A DNA stretch of 47,490 bases from a virus: the IMG/VR virus record IMGVR_UViG_3300011423_000003, one strand, 5' to 3'. The notes below the pieces were generated by a model. The model was not told the DNA's origin and searched no databases. It was given only the letters and a program-made list of their open reading frames with translations. The translations under genes were made by a program, and so were the position numbers. Numbering within the stretch: the first letter of the stretch is position 1; each line of letters opens with the position of its first letter. Below, piece after piece: positions 7,325-15,621 of the stretch.

Positions 7325-8184
7325 TGGCACTCAACTTCCCATCCTCACCTACAGTCGGTGATCTTTATCCGACTCCAGCACAAGTGGGCGTGCCACAGTA
7401 TAAGTGGGATGGGACGGCTTGGATTGCACAGACGATACCGGACGCACCGACTTACGTTAAGAAGGCCGGCGACACGATGACCGGCCAACTTATAGTTAAC
7501 TATGTAAGCCCGCACATTATTCTCCAGAGGACAGCAGTTGGAGAGTTGGCTAGTATTACCTCGATGATAGGAGGCTTGCCTCGTTGGGATGTAGCTATTG
7601 GTGACACCCAGGCGGAAAGTGGTGGCAATGTTGGATCGTACTTCGGTATTCACTACTTCACTGACGCGGGTGATTATGTTGGACAGGCGCTTGGGATTAG
7701 CAGGGCTGATGGGCTTGTTGTTCTGAAGGGCAATCCGACTGGACCACTTCACGCGGCCACTAAGCAGTACGTCGATGCTGCGGCCAGCTCCTTCCCTGTC
7801 GGAACCCTGATGCTGTTTCAGCAGACGGCCGCACCAACAGGCTGGACGAAACAGACGACGTTTAATGATAGGGCGCTAAGAGTTGTCTCTGGTAACTGCG
7901 TGAATGGTGGTACTTACACGTTTTCGTCTTTGTTTGCTGGGATCTCGACGCAGGGTGCTACGCTTGATGGCAACACGATGGCGAATCATGCTCACCAAAC
8001 TTACGGCTACACCTTGAACCCCGGCGGTGGTCCTGGTGGCTTCCACCACGAACCTTCTGATGGCAACGGCCTCAACGCTTACGGTGCTGTCTACGATGTT
8101 GCTGCTGGTGCTGGTGGAGCACACGCACACGGCCTCAACCTCAGTGTTCTGTACGTCGATCTCATCATTGCGAGTAAGGCCTGA
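7324..8184 (+). CDS. Tail fibre protein with C-terminal tail-collar-like domain
   Basis: ATG 7324 overlaps the upstream stop (TAATG). Contains LHAATKQYVD and then FPVGTLMLFQQTAAPTGWTK...DGNTMANHAH, resembling the phage tail-collar domain. Confidence 0.8.
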   Translation: MALNFPSSPTVGDLYPTPAQVGVPQYKWDGTAWIAQTIPDAPTYVKKAGDTMTGQLIVNYVSPHIILQRTAVGELASITSMIGGLPRWDVAIGDTQAESGGNVGSYFGIHYFTDAGDYVGQALGISRADGLVVLKGNPTGPLHAATKQYVDAAASSFPVGTLMLFQQTAAPTGWTKQTTFNDRALRVVSGNCVNGGTYTFSSLFAGISTQGATLDGNTMANHAHQTYGYTLNPGGGPGGFHHEPSDGNGLNAYGAVYDVAAGAGGAHAHGLNLSVLYVDLIIASKA

Positions 8185-8507
8185 TGGATACTGAGAAACC
8201 AAGAGCATCCGGCACGTTGAAGTGTCCACTGTGGCAAAAGCCGATGAAGCTTGTCTGTCACACTTGTGCGTTGTGGGTTCATGTAAGAGGAAAACATCCA
8301 CAGAGTGAAGAGATGGTTGATCACTGGAATTGTGCGCTTGCTTGGATGCCAATGCTGATGATCGAGAACTCGCAACAACAGAGGGCGACAGGGGCCGCGG
8401 TCGAAAGCTTTAGGAATGAAGTGGTAAGTGCTAATCAATCACAGCGGGTACAGTGGGAAGCACTGGTGAATGGAGGGAGAAATGCAATTGACTATAGTTC
8501 CAAGTGA
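8184..8507 (+). CDS. Hypothetical Cys-rich protein (107 aa)
   Basis: ATG overlaps the upstream TGA. Cys pattern CPLW...CHTC...C suggests possible metal binding. No family recognised. Confidence 0.6.
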   Translation: MDTEKPRASGTLKCPLWQKPMKLVCHTCALWVHVRGKHPQSEEMVDHWNCALAWMPMLMIENSQQQRATGAAVESFRNEVVSANQSQRVQWEALVNGGRNAIDYSSK

Positions 8508-8778
8508 TGGTGTGGTTCTCGTTGACAAAGAGCCTCGGAAGGTTGACTGTAGTCAATTCGAGGAGCTTGAGGGCGTTCATGCGGTTCAGTGGAATGGGAC
8601 GACCGGCCACATCGAGTTTATCAATGATACCTCAACTCAATTCAATTACAAGCTGAATGAGCCGATTGAAGACATCGAACGCTTCCAGCCGGTGATTGAT
8701 GCTTGGGAAGTAGCGGAGTCACAAAAGGCTCCAGTGCCGCCGAAGCTCTTAAAGATGCCGGAACCGAAAGATGGTTGA
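8482..8778 (+). CDS. Hypothetical protein (98 aa)
   Basis: ATG 8482 with GGAGG 5 nt upstream (the track start at 8470 lacks an RBS). Confidence 0.6.
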   Translation: MQLTIVPSDGVVLVDKEPRKVDCSQFEELEGVHAVQWNGTTGHIEFINDTSTQFNYKLNEPIEDIERFQPVIDAWEVAESQKAPVPPKLLKMPEPKDG

Positions 8779-9052
8779 GCAAGCAAAGACATGGCTCAAG
8801 GACAATTCCACGCTGGTCTACTTCTTATTAGCCCAAGCCATTGGAATTGGTGCTGCCGTGTTGAGCATGACTGCGTATATGGTGAAGCTGGAAGCAAGGG
8901 TTGTAACGCTGGAGACGAGGGGCTCGCCACACTTAGCTGTGATCGACAACCGCTTGACGGTGTTAGAGAGTACATCCAACGAGAACAAGCGGCGACTGGA
9001 CAATGTTATCAATATCATGACTAAAGAGCTGCACATCTCACCTGCGAGGTGA
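8771..9052 (+). CDS. Single-pass membrane protein with coiled-coil C-terminus (holin/i-spanin-like candidate)
   Basis: Hydrophobic helix LVYFLLAQAIGIGAAVLSMTAYMV followed by a heptad-like region. Confidence 0.55.
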   Translation: MVEQAKTWLKDNSTLVYFLLAQAIGIGAAVLSMTAYMVKLEARVVTLETRGSPHLAVIDNRLTVLESTSNENKRRLDNVINIMTKELHISPAR

Positions 9053-9056
9053 CGTC

Positions 9057-9227
9057 ATGTCTATAGGTCTGTTGTTTTGGGTGCTCATGATCCTGTGGTT
9101 CTTCTCGTGGATTGGGACGAGGTGGGGCGGGTTGACTGGACCTTATCTCTACGCGAGTGAACTCTTGTTCTTCATCTTGCTGTTCTTGCTTGGATGGCAC
9201 TCGTTCGGCTTCGTAATTCACGCTTAA
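9057..9227 (+). CDS. Small two-TM membrane protein, 56 aa (class II holin-like); absent from the ORF track
   Basis: Translated by hand: MSIGLLFWVLMILWFFSWIGTRWGGLTGPYLYASELLFFILLFLLGWHSFGFVIHA. Two hydrophobic helices. Starts 5 nt after the previous stop. Confidence 0.55.
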   Translation: MSIGLLFWVLMILWFFSWIGTRWGGLTGPYLYASELLFFILLFLLGWHSFGFVIHA

Positions 9228-9241
9228 CAAAGGAGGACGTG

Positions 9242-9571
9242 ATGGCGATAGGTGTTACTGGAGTCTACAAGGCCCCGACTGATATGGCCGCGGCTGATCC
9301 AAGGATACTGGCTCGTGTTGGGCCGGGGACGGAAAGTGCTGCGTTGGTTACGGGAGTTAGTGCTGATGGGGCGCTTGTGAGCTTGCGTGTGTTCCCTGAT
9401 CAGCAGGAGGACTTCTCCATTCGAGGGATTGGGATCGTTGATGATCCAATCCTTGGGTTCTTTACTGAGGGGGCACATCCTGAAGCGCCGCCGATTACAC
9501 GGAGTGCTGAAGGCCGAAGCAAGCCGATGTTCTCGCCTGACAAGCCTGATAAAACCGAACGGAGGCCATAA
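9242..9571 (+). CDS. Hypothetical protein (109 aa)
   Basis: ATG 9242 preceded by AAGGAGG. The track start at 9194 would overlap the small membrane ORF. Confidence 0.6.
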   Translation: MAIGVTGVYKAPTDMAAADPRILARVGPGTESAALVTGVSADGALVSLRVFPDQQEDFSIRGIGIVDDPILGFFTEGAHPEAPPITRSAEGRSKPMFSPDKPDKTERRP

Positions 9572-9780
9572 TGTTCGGCGGCGGCGGAAAGACACCTCCA
9601 CCACCCACACCACCTCCAGTGCCGCCACCGGCTCCTACTCCAGCTGACACAAGCGTTGTCGAAGCTGGACAAAAGGTCAGGTCGGCCTCGAAGGCGGGTG
9701 TGGGTGCAACCATAGCAACTGGTAGCGGGGGTCTCACGACACCAGCTAATACTGGTTCTAAGTCATTGTTAGGGGATTAA
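9571..9780 (+). CDS. Pro-rich 69-aa protein, paralog A (MFGG...SKSLLGD)
   Basis: GGAGG RBS and TAATG overlap. Same length and same termini as the next ORF. Confidence 0.6.
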   Translation: MFGGGGKTPPPPTPPPVPPPAPTPADTSVVEAGQKVRSASKAGVGATIATGSGGLTTPANTGSKSLLGD

Positions 9781-9781
9781 G

Positions 9782-9991
9782 ATGTTTGGCGGAAACGACC
9801 AACAGCCGACTCCACCATCAGCTCCGATCCAACAGGCAACGACTCCAATGCCGACGGCAGCGCCGTCACAACCAGGTACTGATCCGCAGAAGATTGCGGG
9901 TCAGCTCGAGGCGAACCAAGCGAAGCCGGGGGCACTGGCAACACCCTCTCAAGATCAAGAAGACTCTAACAAGTCTTTATTGGGGCGCTAG
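9782..9991 (+). CDS. Pro-rich 69-aa protein, paralog B (MFGG...NKSLLGR)
   Basis: Tandem to paralog A. Conserved N- and C-termini with a divergent P/T/Q-rich middle. Confidence 0.6.
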   Translation: MFGGNDQQPTPPSAPIQQATTPMPTAAPSQPGTDPQKIAGQLEANQAKPGALATPSQDQEDSNKSLLGR

Positions 9992-11686
9992 ATGAACAAG
10001 AAAACTCGCCAGGAGAGAGCGGAATGGGCGGATCAACGCTTGATCGCGATGAGAACTCCGCGCTACTCTTGGTGGGTTCATTGGAGGGAGCTAGCGAACT
10101 TCCTCTTGCCAAGGAGATATAAGTGGCTGATAACACCGAACGAGATGAGTCGTGGAACTCAGTTGAACACTGGTATCATCGACTCTACGGGGACAATCGC
10201 AGCACGAGTGTGTGCGGCTGGTATGATGAGCGGAATCACCTCGCCGACGAGGCCGTGGTTCCGGCTGGGGATCGAAGGGTTACAGCTGAACGATTCGTCG
10301 AACCCAGCGTCATTGTGGCTGGCCGAGTGTGAGAAACGTCTTCTGAAGGTCTTCGCGGAGTCAAACTTCTACAATGCTATGGCTACTTTATATCTTGATC
10401 TTGTTGTGTTCGGTACAGGTGTTTCGATTTGCTACGAGGACTTCGAGAACGTGGTTCGCTTTTACAACCCTTGTGCGGGCGAGTATTATCTTGAGGCGGG
10501 TTCGACTTATGAAGTGGATACGCTCGCAAGAGAGTTCACGATGACCGTTAAGCAAGTTGTACAGGAGTTCGGACTGGAGAATTGTTCGGAGTCGACGAAG
10601 AAAGCTTACACGCAACCAGGGGGTCGGACTCAAGAGATTGTTGTTTGTCACTTGATCGAGCCAAATGATGGCAGTGAAAGAAAGAAGTGGAAGTACATGG
10701 AGCTGTATTGGGAGAGGGGCAATACAGCGGAGGGGCCGCTTAGGTGGAGCGGATACAATGAGTGGCCTGTTATTGCTCCGCGGTGGGATCTCGTCTCGAA
10801 CGACGTTTACGGCAGATCACCTGCTATGGATGCTCTTGGGGACATCAAACAGCTGCAACAGGAGACAAAGAGGAAGGGACAGGCGATTGACAAGATGGTT
10901 AATCCGCCGATGCTCGCTGATGTTCAGCTGAGGAACCAACCGGCCTCGTTGATGCCAGGGGGTGTCACTTATGTCAGCGGACTTCAGAACGTCGGCTACA
11001 AGCCTGTGTTCACAGTCAATCCACCGATCAACGACTTGAAGGAAGACATTAAGGAGATTCAGGAGCGGATTAAGGTCATCTTTTTCAATGACCTCTTCAT
11101 GATGATCTCACAGTTGGATACAGTTCGCACTGCGACGGAGATAGATGCGAGACGAGAGGAAAAGTTGATTATGCTTGGCCCCGTGCTCGAGCGGTTTGAA
11201 CAGGAAGCGCTTGATCCAGTGATCGAGCGGATCTTTGGGATCATGATGAGGGCTGGTTTGTTGCCGCCTGCACCAGAGGGCCTGATCAAAGATGGTCAAG
11301 GGCTGAATGTTCAGTACGTTTCGATGCTTGCTGAAGCACAGCGAGCTGTGTCCGCTTCAGGAATGGAACGTGTCATGGGCTTGGCTGGCAACATCGCCGC
11401 AGCTGATCCATCGGTGCTTGACAACATTAACGTCGATGAGTTTATGGTTGAGTATGCGGACTTGATGGGTGTGCCTCCGAAGATACTGAGGTCGAGAGAT
11501 GAAGTGGCAGCTCTCCGCGAGCAAAAGCAGAAGCAACAGGAGCAAGCGGCGCTTCTTGGTCAGACTGACGCGGCGGTTAAGGGGGCGCAGGTACTTTCCA
11601 AGACGGACGTGGGCGGTGGCCAGAATGCTTTGGCCGCCATGATGGGACTTGGTGGGCCGCAGTCAGGGACTGAGGTTCAACAGTGA
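9992..11686 (+). CDS. Portal (head-to-tail connector) protein, podovirus type
   Basis: 564 aa. The N-terminal pattern ...RYSWWVHWRELANFLLPRRYKW...ITSPTRPWFRL resembles the T7 gp8-type connector family. Lies upstream of scaffold and MCP. Confidence 0.8.
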   Translation: MNKKTRQERAEWADQRLIAMRTPRYSWWVHWRELANFLLPRRYKWLITPNEMSRGTQLNTGIIDSTGTIAARVCAAGMMSGITSPTRPWFRLGIEGLQLNDSSNPASLWLAECEKRLLKVFAESNFYNAMATLYLDLVVFGTGVSICYEDFENVVRFYNPCAGEYYLEAGSTYEVDTLAREFTMTVKQVVQEFGLENCSESTKKAYTQPGGRTQEIVVCHLIEPNDGSERKKWKYMELYWERGNTAEGPLRWSGYNEWPVIAPRWDLVSNDVYGRSPAMDALGDIKQLQQETKRKGQAIDKMVNPPMLADVQLRNQPASLMPGGVTYVSGLQNVGYKPVFTVNPPINDLKEDIKEIQERIKVIFFNDLFMMISQLDTVRTATEIDARREEKLIMLGPVLERFEQEALDPVIERIFGIMMRAGLLPPAPEGLIKDGQGLNVQYVSMLAEAQRAVSASGMERVMGLAGNIAAADPSVLDNINVDEFMVEYADLMGVPPKILRSRDEVAALREQKQKQQEQAALLGQTDAAVKGAQVLSKTDVGGGQNALAAMMGLGGPQSGTEVQQ

Positions 11687-12063
11687 GTTATGATGCAAGC
11701 GATCCGAAACAAGTTAAAGATCGGATTAAACAGCTTAGGGTTCAGGAGAACATAAAGGATGACTTACTCCGGCGGATCATGGAGACTCGCGAAGGTCGAT
11801 CCTGGTTCTTCGAGATACTCGAGAGCGCACATATCTGGAGAAGTTCTTTCTCAGTCGAGGCACTTGCAATGGGTTTTGCCGAGGGGGAAAGGAACATGGG
11901 GCTTCGTCTGTTGGCTGATCTTATGCGGGCGTGTCCAGCGCGGTATATCGAGATGGTACAAGAGGCTCGAGAACTAGGTGATCTTGAGAAGTCGATAAAG
12001 CAAACGGGAGAAGGCAATGACGGATCTGACAGCTACACAGACGACACCTCCAGCGGAACCTAA
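11683..12063 (+). CDS. Hypothetical protein between portal and scaffold
   Basis: 126-aa ORF with a 4-nt overlap with the portal gene. No motif recognised. Confidence 0.65.
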   Translation: MSYDASDPKQVKDRIKQLRVQENIKDDLLRRIMETREGRSWFFEILESAHIWRSSFSVEALAMGFAEGERNMGLRLLADLMRACPARYIEMVQEARELGDLEKSIKQTGEGNDGSDSYTDDTSSGT

Positions 12064-12712
12064 GCCTGTTGGAGAGGCGACGGGGCCAGGAACAGCTAAG
12101 GCGGCCCAAGAACAACTGGAGAAGGCTAATCAAAAGCCTTCACTGCTCAACGATGAAACAGTTGATCTGAACGATGAGACGAGTGAGCGGACAGTCGATG
12201 ACAAGACCGAACCAACTTCAGTTATCCCTGGAGCGTTCGATCCGACGCAGCTTAAGCTCGACCCGCAGATCGACAAGAAGAACCCAGCGTTTAATGAGTT
12301 TACTGAGATCTCCAAAAAGAGTGGGGTTAAGCAGGAGGTGGCTCAGGAATATATCGACCTGTATGCTAAGACCGTCAAGGAGGCGGCTGATCGGCCGTAC
12401 CAGATGTGGCGAGACACGCAAAAGGGTTGGCAAGACGAAGTTATGGCTGACCAAGAGATGGGTGGCAAGAACTTCGACGAAGTGAGGCGTGTTATTGGAA
12501 GTGCTTTGAGTGAATACGGCGACCCTGGAGTTAGGACTGCACTTGACTTTACTGGTGCGGGGAACAACCCTGCAATCATCCGAACCTTGTTCCGTATGTC
12601 AAAAGCATTGGCGGAGCCAGGGCCGGTGAGAGCGGAGCCCCCGAGATCAGTGAAGCCTGACAGTCCAGGCGCTGCACTGTATCCACATCTGGTACCAAAC
12701 CGAGGAGAATAA
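12017..12712 (+). CDS. Putative scaffolding protein
   Basis: Acidic, low-complexity N-terminus and helical C-terminus. Positioned directly upstream of the MCP. RBS GGAGAAGG. Confidence 0.55.
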   Translation: MTDLTATQTTPPAEPKPVGEATGPGTAKAAQEQLEKANQKPSLLNDETVDLNDETSERTVDDKTEPTSVIPGAFDPTQLKLDPQIDKKNPAFNEFTEISKKSGVKQEVAQEYIDLYAKTVKEAADRPYQMWRDTQKGWQDEVMADQEMGGKNFDEVRRVIGSALSEYGDPGVRTALDFTGAGNNPAIIRTLFRMSKALAEPGPVRAEPPRSVKPDSPGAALYPHLVPNRGE

Positions 12713-12715
12713 ACA

Positions 12716-13759
12716 ATGCCTGTTATTGGCGCAACTGCCTTGACCCTTGCTGACTGGGCCAAGCGAGTCGACGACAACTACAAGATCGCTACGATCATTG
12801 AGTTGTTGTCACAGACGAATGAGATCTTGGACGATATGCTTTTTGTCCAAGGCAACCTGCCAACAGGTCATCGGACGACAGTCCGTACTGGCTTGCCGGC
12901 TGCAACGTGGCGCTTGCTCAACTACGGTGTCCCAAATGGGAAGAGCACAACGGCACAGATCACTGACTCATGTGGCAACCTCGAAACGTACAGCGTGGTT
13001 GACAAGGATATTGCTGATCTTAACGGTAATACTCCTGAGTTCCGATTCAGTGAGGTGAAGGCCTTTCTCGAAGGCATGAACCAACAGGTGTCGGCGACAG
13101 TGTTCTATGGGAACACCTCAGTGAACCCGGAGCGGTTCATGGGACTGGCCCCGCGTTACAACACTGTCAACATCGCCAACGCCCAGACCGCAGCAAACGT
13201 CATTGACATGACGGGAACTGGTGGCACGAACACTTCGATGTGGATCGTGACTTGGGGTGCAGAGACCATCCACGGTATCTTCCCGAAAGGCAAGATGTCG
13301 GGGCTGCAACACAAGGACATGGGCGAGTGGCCTGTGAACGACGTGAACGGCAACACTTATCAAGCCTATCGTGACCACTTCAAGTGGGAGTGTGGGCTGA
13401 CGGTTCGTGACTGGCGTTTCGCTGTTCGCCTGTGCAACATCGACGTGACGACGCTGAGTGGAGCAACGCCGCCTGATCTGTTGACTGGACTGATCCGCGG
13501 CTTGTATAAGCTGCCGGTCGCTTCAGCGAGGGCCCAGGCGGTTCAGAAGAGTGACTCGCCGTCGGTGAGTGACTCGATGGGTCGGACTGCGATCTACTGC
13601 AACCGGACGCTGCGGACTTGGCTCGACATCCAGGCCGTGAACAAGAAGAATGTCCTGTTGGACATTGCTGAGTACGATGGGAAGGTTTGCACGACGTTCA
13701 GGGGAATACCGATCAAGACCTGTGACGCCATCCTCAACAACGAAGCGAGGGTCGTCTAG
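12716..13759 (+). CDS. Major capsid protein (HK97 fold, BPP-1-like family by recollection)
   Basis: 347 aa. N-terminal pattern LADWAKRVD..KIATIIELLSQTNEILDDMLFVQGNLPTGHRTTVRTGLP, recalled from podoviral MCPs. Strong RBS. Followed by the palindromic element. Confidence 0.82.
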   Translation: MPVIGATALTLADWAKRVDDNYKIATIIELLSQTNEILDDMLFVQGNLPTGHRTTVRTGLPAATWRLLNYGVPNGKSTTAQITDSCGNLETYSVVDKDIADLNGNTPEFRFSEVKAFLEGMNQQVSATVFYGNTSVNPERFMGLAPRYNTVNIANAQTAANVIDMTGTGGTNTSMWIVTWGAETIHGIFPKGKMSGLQHKDMGEWPVNDVNGNTYQAYRDHFKWECGLTVRDWRFAVRLCNIDVTTLSGATPPDLLTGLIRGLYKLPVASARAQAVQKSDSPSVSDSMGRTAIYCNRTLRTWLDIQAVNKKNVLLDIAEYDGKVCTTFRGIPIKTCDAILNNEARVV

Positions 13760-13764
13760 TAGCT

Positions 13765-13799
13765 GGTATGGTTGGATAAACGGTTTATCTAACCACACC
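13765..13799. repeat. 35-bp palindromic intergenic element, copy 2
   Basis: GGTATGGTTGGATAAACGGTTTATCTAACCACACC, starting 6 nt after the MCP stop codon. Confidence 0.85.
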
Positions 13800-13827
13800 T
13801 AACACTTGACCCAAATGGAGACGAAAG

Positions 13828-14268
13828 ATGATCTTGGACGGACTTCTGCTGTTCGACAACAACAGCGCGATTACGGCATCTGGCGTTAGCGCCAACGTGC
13901 TCGACCTTCTGAACGCGAGAGACATGGGACCCGGCTACCCGCTGGAAGTCCTCGTGCAACCGACGGAGAACTTCACTGCGACTGGTGCTGGTACGCTTCA
14001 GGTGCAGTTTCAGGGTTCAGCCGATAACTCGACTTTCACGACCTACGCTGAGTCGGCCGTGTTGACACTTGCACAACTTCAGGCGGGTAAGAACCCGTTC
14101 CAGATTGATGTGCCAAGCCCGAACCCGAACGATCCACTCCCCCGTTATCTTCGGCTCAACTACCTCGTTGGTACTGGCCCGATGACCGCTGGGAAGCTCA
14201 CCGCTGGTATCATCCTCGATCGCCAGCAGAACATTGCGTACCGGCCTGGTATCGTGGTCACTAACTAA
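13828..14268 (+). CDS. Capsid decoration/cement-like protein (Bbp16-like by recollection)
   Basis: 146 aa. Patterns MILDGLLLFDN...VLDL...RDMGPG and PRYLRLNY.VGTGP.TAGK.TAGIILD resemble the BPP-1 cement protein family. Immediately downstream of the MCP. Confidence 0.55.
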   Translation: MILDGLLLFDNNSAITASGVSANVLDLLNARDMGPGYPLEVLVQPTENFTATGAGTLQVQFQGSADNSTFTTYAESAVLTLAQLQAGKNPFQIDVPSPNPNDPLPRYLRLNYLVGTGPMTAGKLTAGIILDRQQNIAYRPGIVVTN

Positions 14269-14301
14269 GGGCTGAGCACCAGCCAGAAAGGACGAACGCA
14301 G

Positions 14302-14604
14302 ATGCCTAAGTATCGGCTTCTTGCGAAGCACTACATGAACGATCGCCTTCTCGATGAGGGGACGATTGTTGGTGACGAAACTTCGTTTCCGATCCCTGAA
14401 GGTGGGGTCACTCCAGAGATGGAGGGGCTCGATGATGAAGGGAAGGCGGCGGTGAAGAAGGTGGTGGAGAACTTGACGAAGCCACTGAACACCGCCTCAC
14501 CGCTTGGTCTGCTGTTCCTCGAGCCTGAGGTGCAGACGGCATTGCTCGCGATGGCGAAAGCCCAGGCAGGGACGAAAGTAGAGCCAACACCAGCGAGGAA
14601 GTAA
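14302..14604 (+). CDS. Hypothetical protein (100 aa)
   Basis: ORF lies in the head module. No motif recognised. Confidence 0.6.
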   Translation: MPKYRLLAKHYMNDRLLDEGTIVGDETSFPIPEGGVTPEMEGLDDEGKAAVKKVVENLTKPLNTASPLGLLFLEPEVQTALLAMAKAQAGTKVEPTPARK

Positions 14605-14605
14605 C

Positions 14606-14773
14606 ATGCCTCTGAAGAGTGGCACGTCACAGCGGGTTATGCCGAAGACAACGGGTAAAGCAGCGCAAGCTGAAATGGCTCGGATGGAAGCTTCGGCTAA
14701 ACCTAAAGGGAAGAAGAAGAAAAAGGGCAAGCGCCCTCCGCCAGCAAACGCTATGTATGGTGGCGGCTTCTAA
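14606..14773 (+). CDS. Small Lys-rich basic protein, 55 aa; absent from the ORF track
   Basis: Translated by hand: MPLKSGTSQRVMPKTTGKAAQAEMARMEASAKPKGKKKKKGKRPPPANAMYGGGF. GAGGAAG RBS. Starts 2 nt after the previous stop. Confidence 0.4.
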   Translation: MPLKSGTSQRVMPKTTGKAAQAEMARMEASAKPKGKKKKKGKRPPPANAMYGGGF

Positions 14774-14778
14774 GTAAA

Positions 14779-14801
14779 GTGGGGGAGGCGTTCTCCCCCA
14801 C
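14779..14801 (+). terminator. Stable hairpin after the head module (possible attenuator; no U-tract)
   Basis: GTGGGGGAG-GCGTT-CTCCCCCAC, a 9-bp stem. Confidence 0.3.
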
Positions 14802-14820
14802 AACTTCCATGAGGTGATAG

Positions 14821-15621
14821 ATGGCGGACGTTACATCACTTTGTAATCAAGCGCTTGCAGTGGTCGGCACCCGTTCGAGCATCTCCACAATCTCTGAGGA
14901 GAGTAACGAAGCACGAGCGTGCTTACTTAGCTTCGAGCCAACACGGAAGCAGTTGCTTCGTGCAGCGCATTGGGGCTTTGCTCGCGCCTATGCAAGGTTC
15001 CCTCTTATTCGAGCGCGCTTTGGAACGCCTGAGGCTGATCCGGCGCTTGGCTCACCAGTGAATGGATGGAACTCAACTTATGAACCACCCCCTCCTTGGC
15101 TTTATGCTTACGGCATTCCAGCAGACGTTTTGCTCGTCCGTTACGTCTTACCAAATCTGGCTAATAGCCAGCCAGCTGTCCCATTTACTGGAGCAGACCC
15201 AAAGCTATTCGCCGACACGTCCTCACAAGGGCCAATGCCAAAGTTCGAGATCGCATCAAGCACAATTCCGTTGAACCCTGCTCCAAAGAATGTAGTGCTC
15301 ACAAACGTATCACAAGCTGTTATGTGTTACACGAAGGACATCACTGACACAGCGCTTTTTGACGAGTCGTTCAGTCGAGCCTTTGTTCAAGCCCTCGCCG
15401 CAATGACAGTCACCTCGTTGACGGGCGATCTGAAGATGTTAGACGCGCTGACGAAGCTTGCGAACACGCATATCTTGGATGCGAGAGTGAAGAACGCGAA
15501 TGAAGGCTTGAATGTGATGGATCATGTACCTGATTGGTTGGCGGTGAGAGGAGTTGGCCCGTCGATGGGAACTGGTCCCTGGATACCTGAGTACGGTCCA
15601 CTCTTTGGAGGCTCTATCTAA
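14821..15621 (+). CDS. Tail adaptor / tail tubular protein A (T7 gp11-like)
   Basis: N-terminus LCNQALAVVGTRSSISTISEESNEARACLL...QLLRAAHWGFA parallels T7 gp11 (NDILASIGEPPVSTLEG...ANARRIL...IQSRGWTFN). Position is syntenic. Confidence 0.6.
   Translation: MADVTSLCNQALAVVGTRSSISTISEESNEARACLLSFEPTRKQLLRAAHWGFARAYARFPLIRARFGTPEADPALGSPVNGWNSTYEPPPPWLYAYGIPADVLLVRYVLPNLANSQPAVPFTGADPKLFADTSSQGPMPKFEIASSTIPLNPAPKNVVLTNVSQAVMCYTKDITDTALFDESFSRAFVQALAAMTVTSLTGDLKMLDALTKLANTHILDARVKNANEGLNVMDHVPDWLAVRGVGPSMGTGPWIPEYGPLFGGSI

Noticed and set aside
5288-8184. Diversity-generating retroelement (considered because the capsid and cement proteins recall BPP-1)
   Set aside because: No reverse transcriptase or Avd-like gene is present in the window. 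There is no template/variable repeat pair; the only inter-fibre repeat is the 18-nt ATKQYVD junction.
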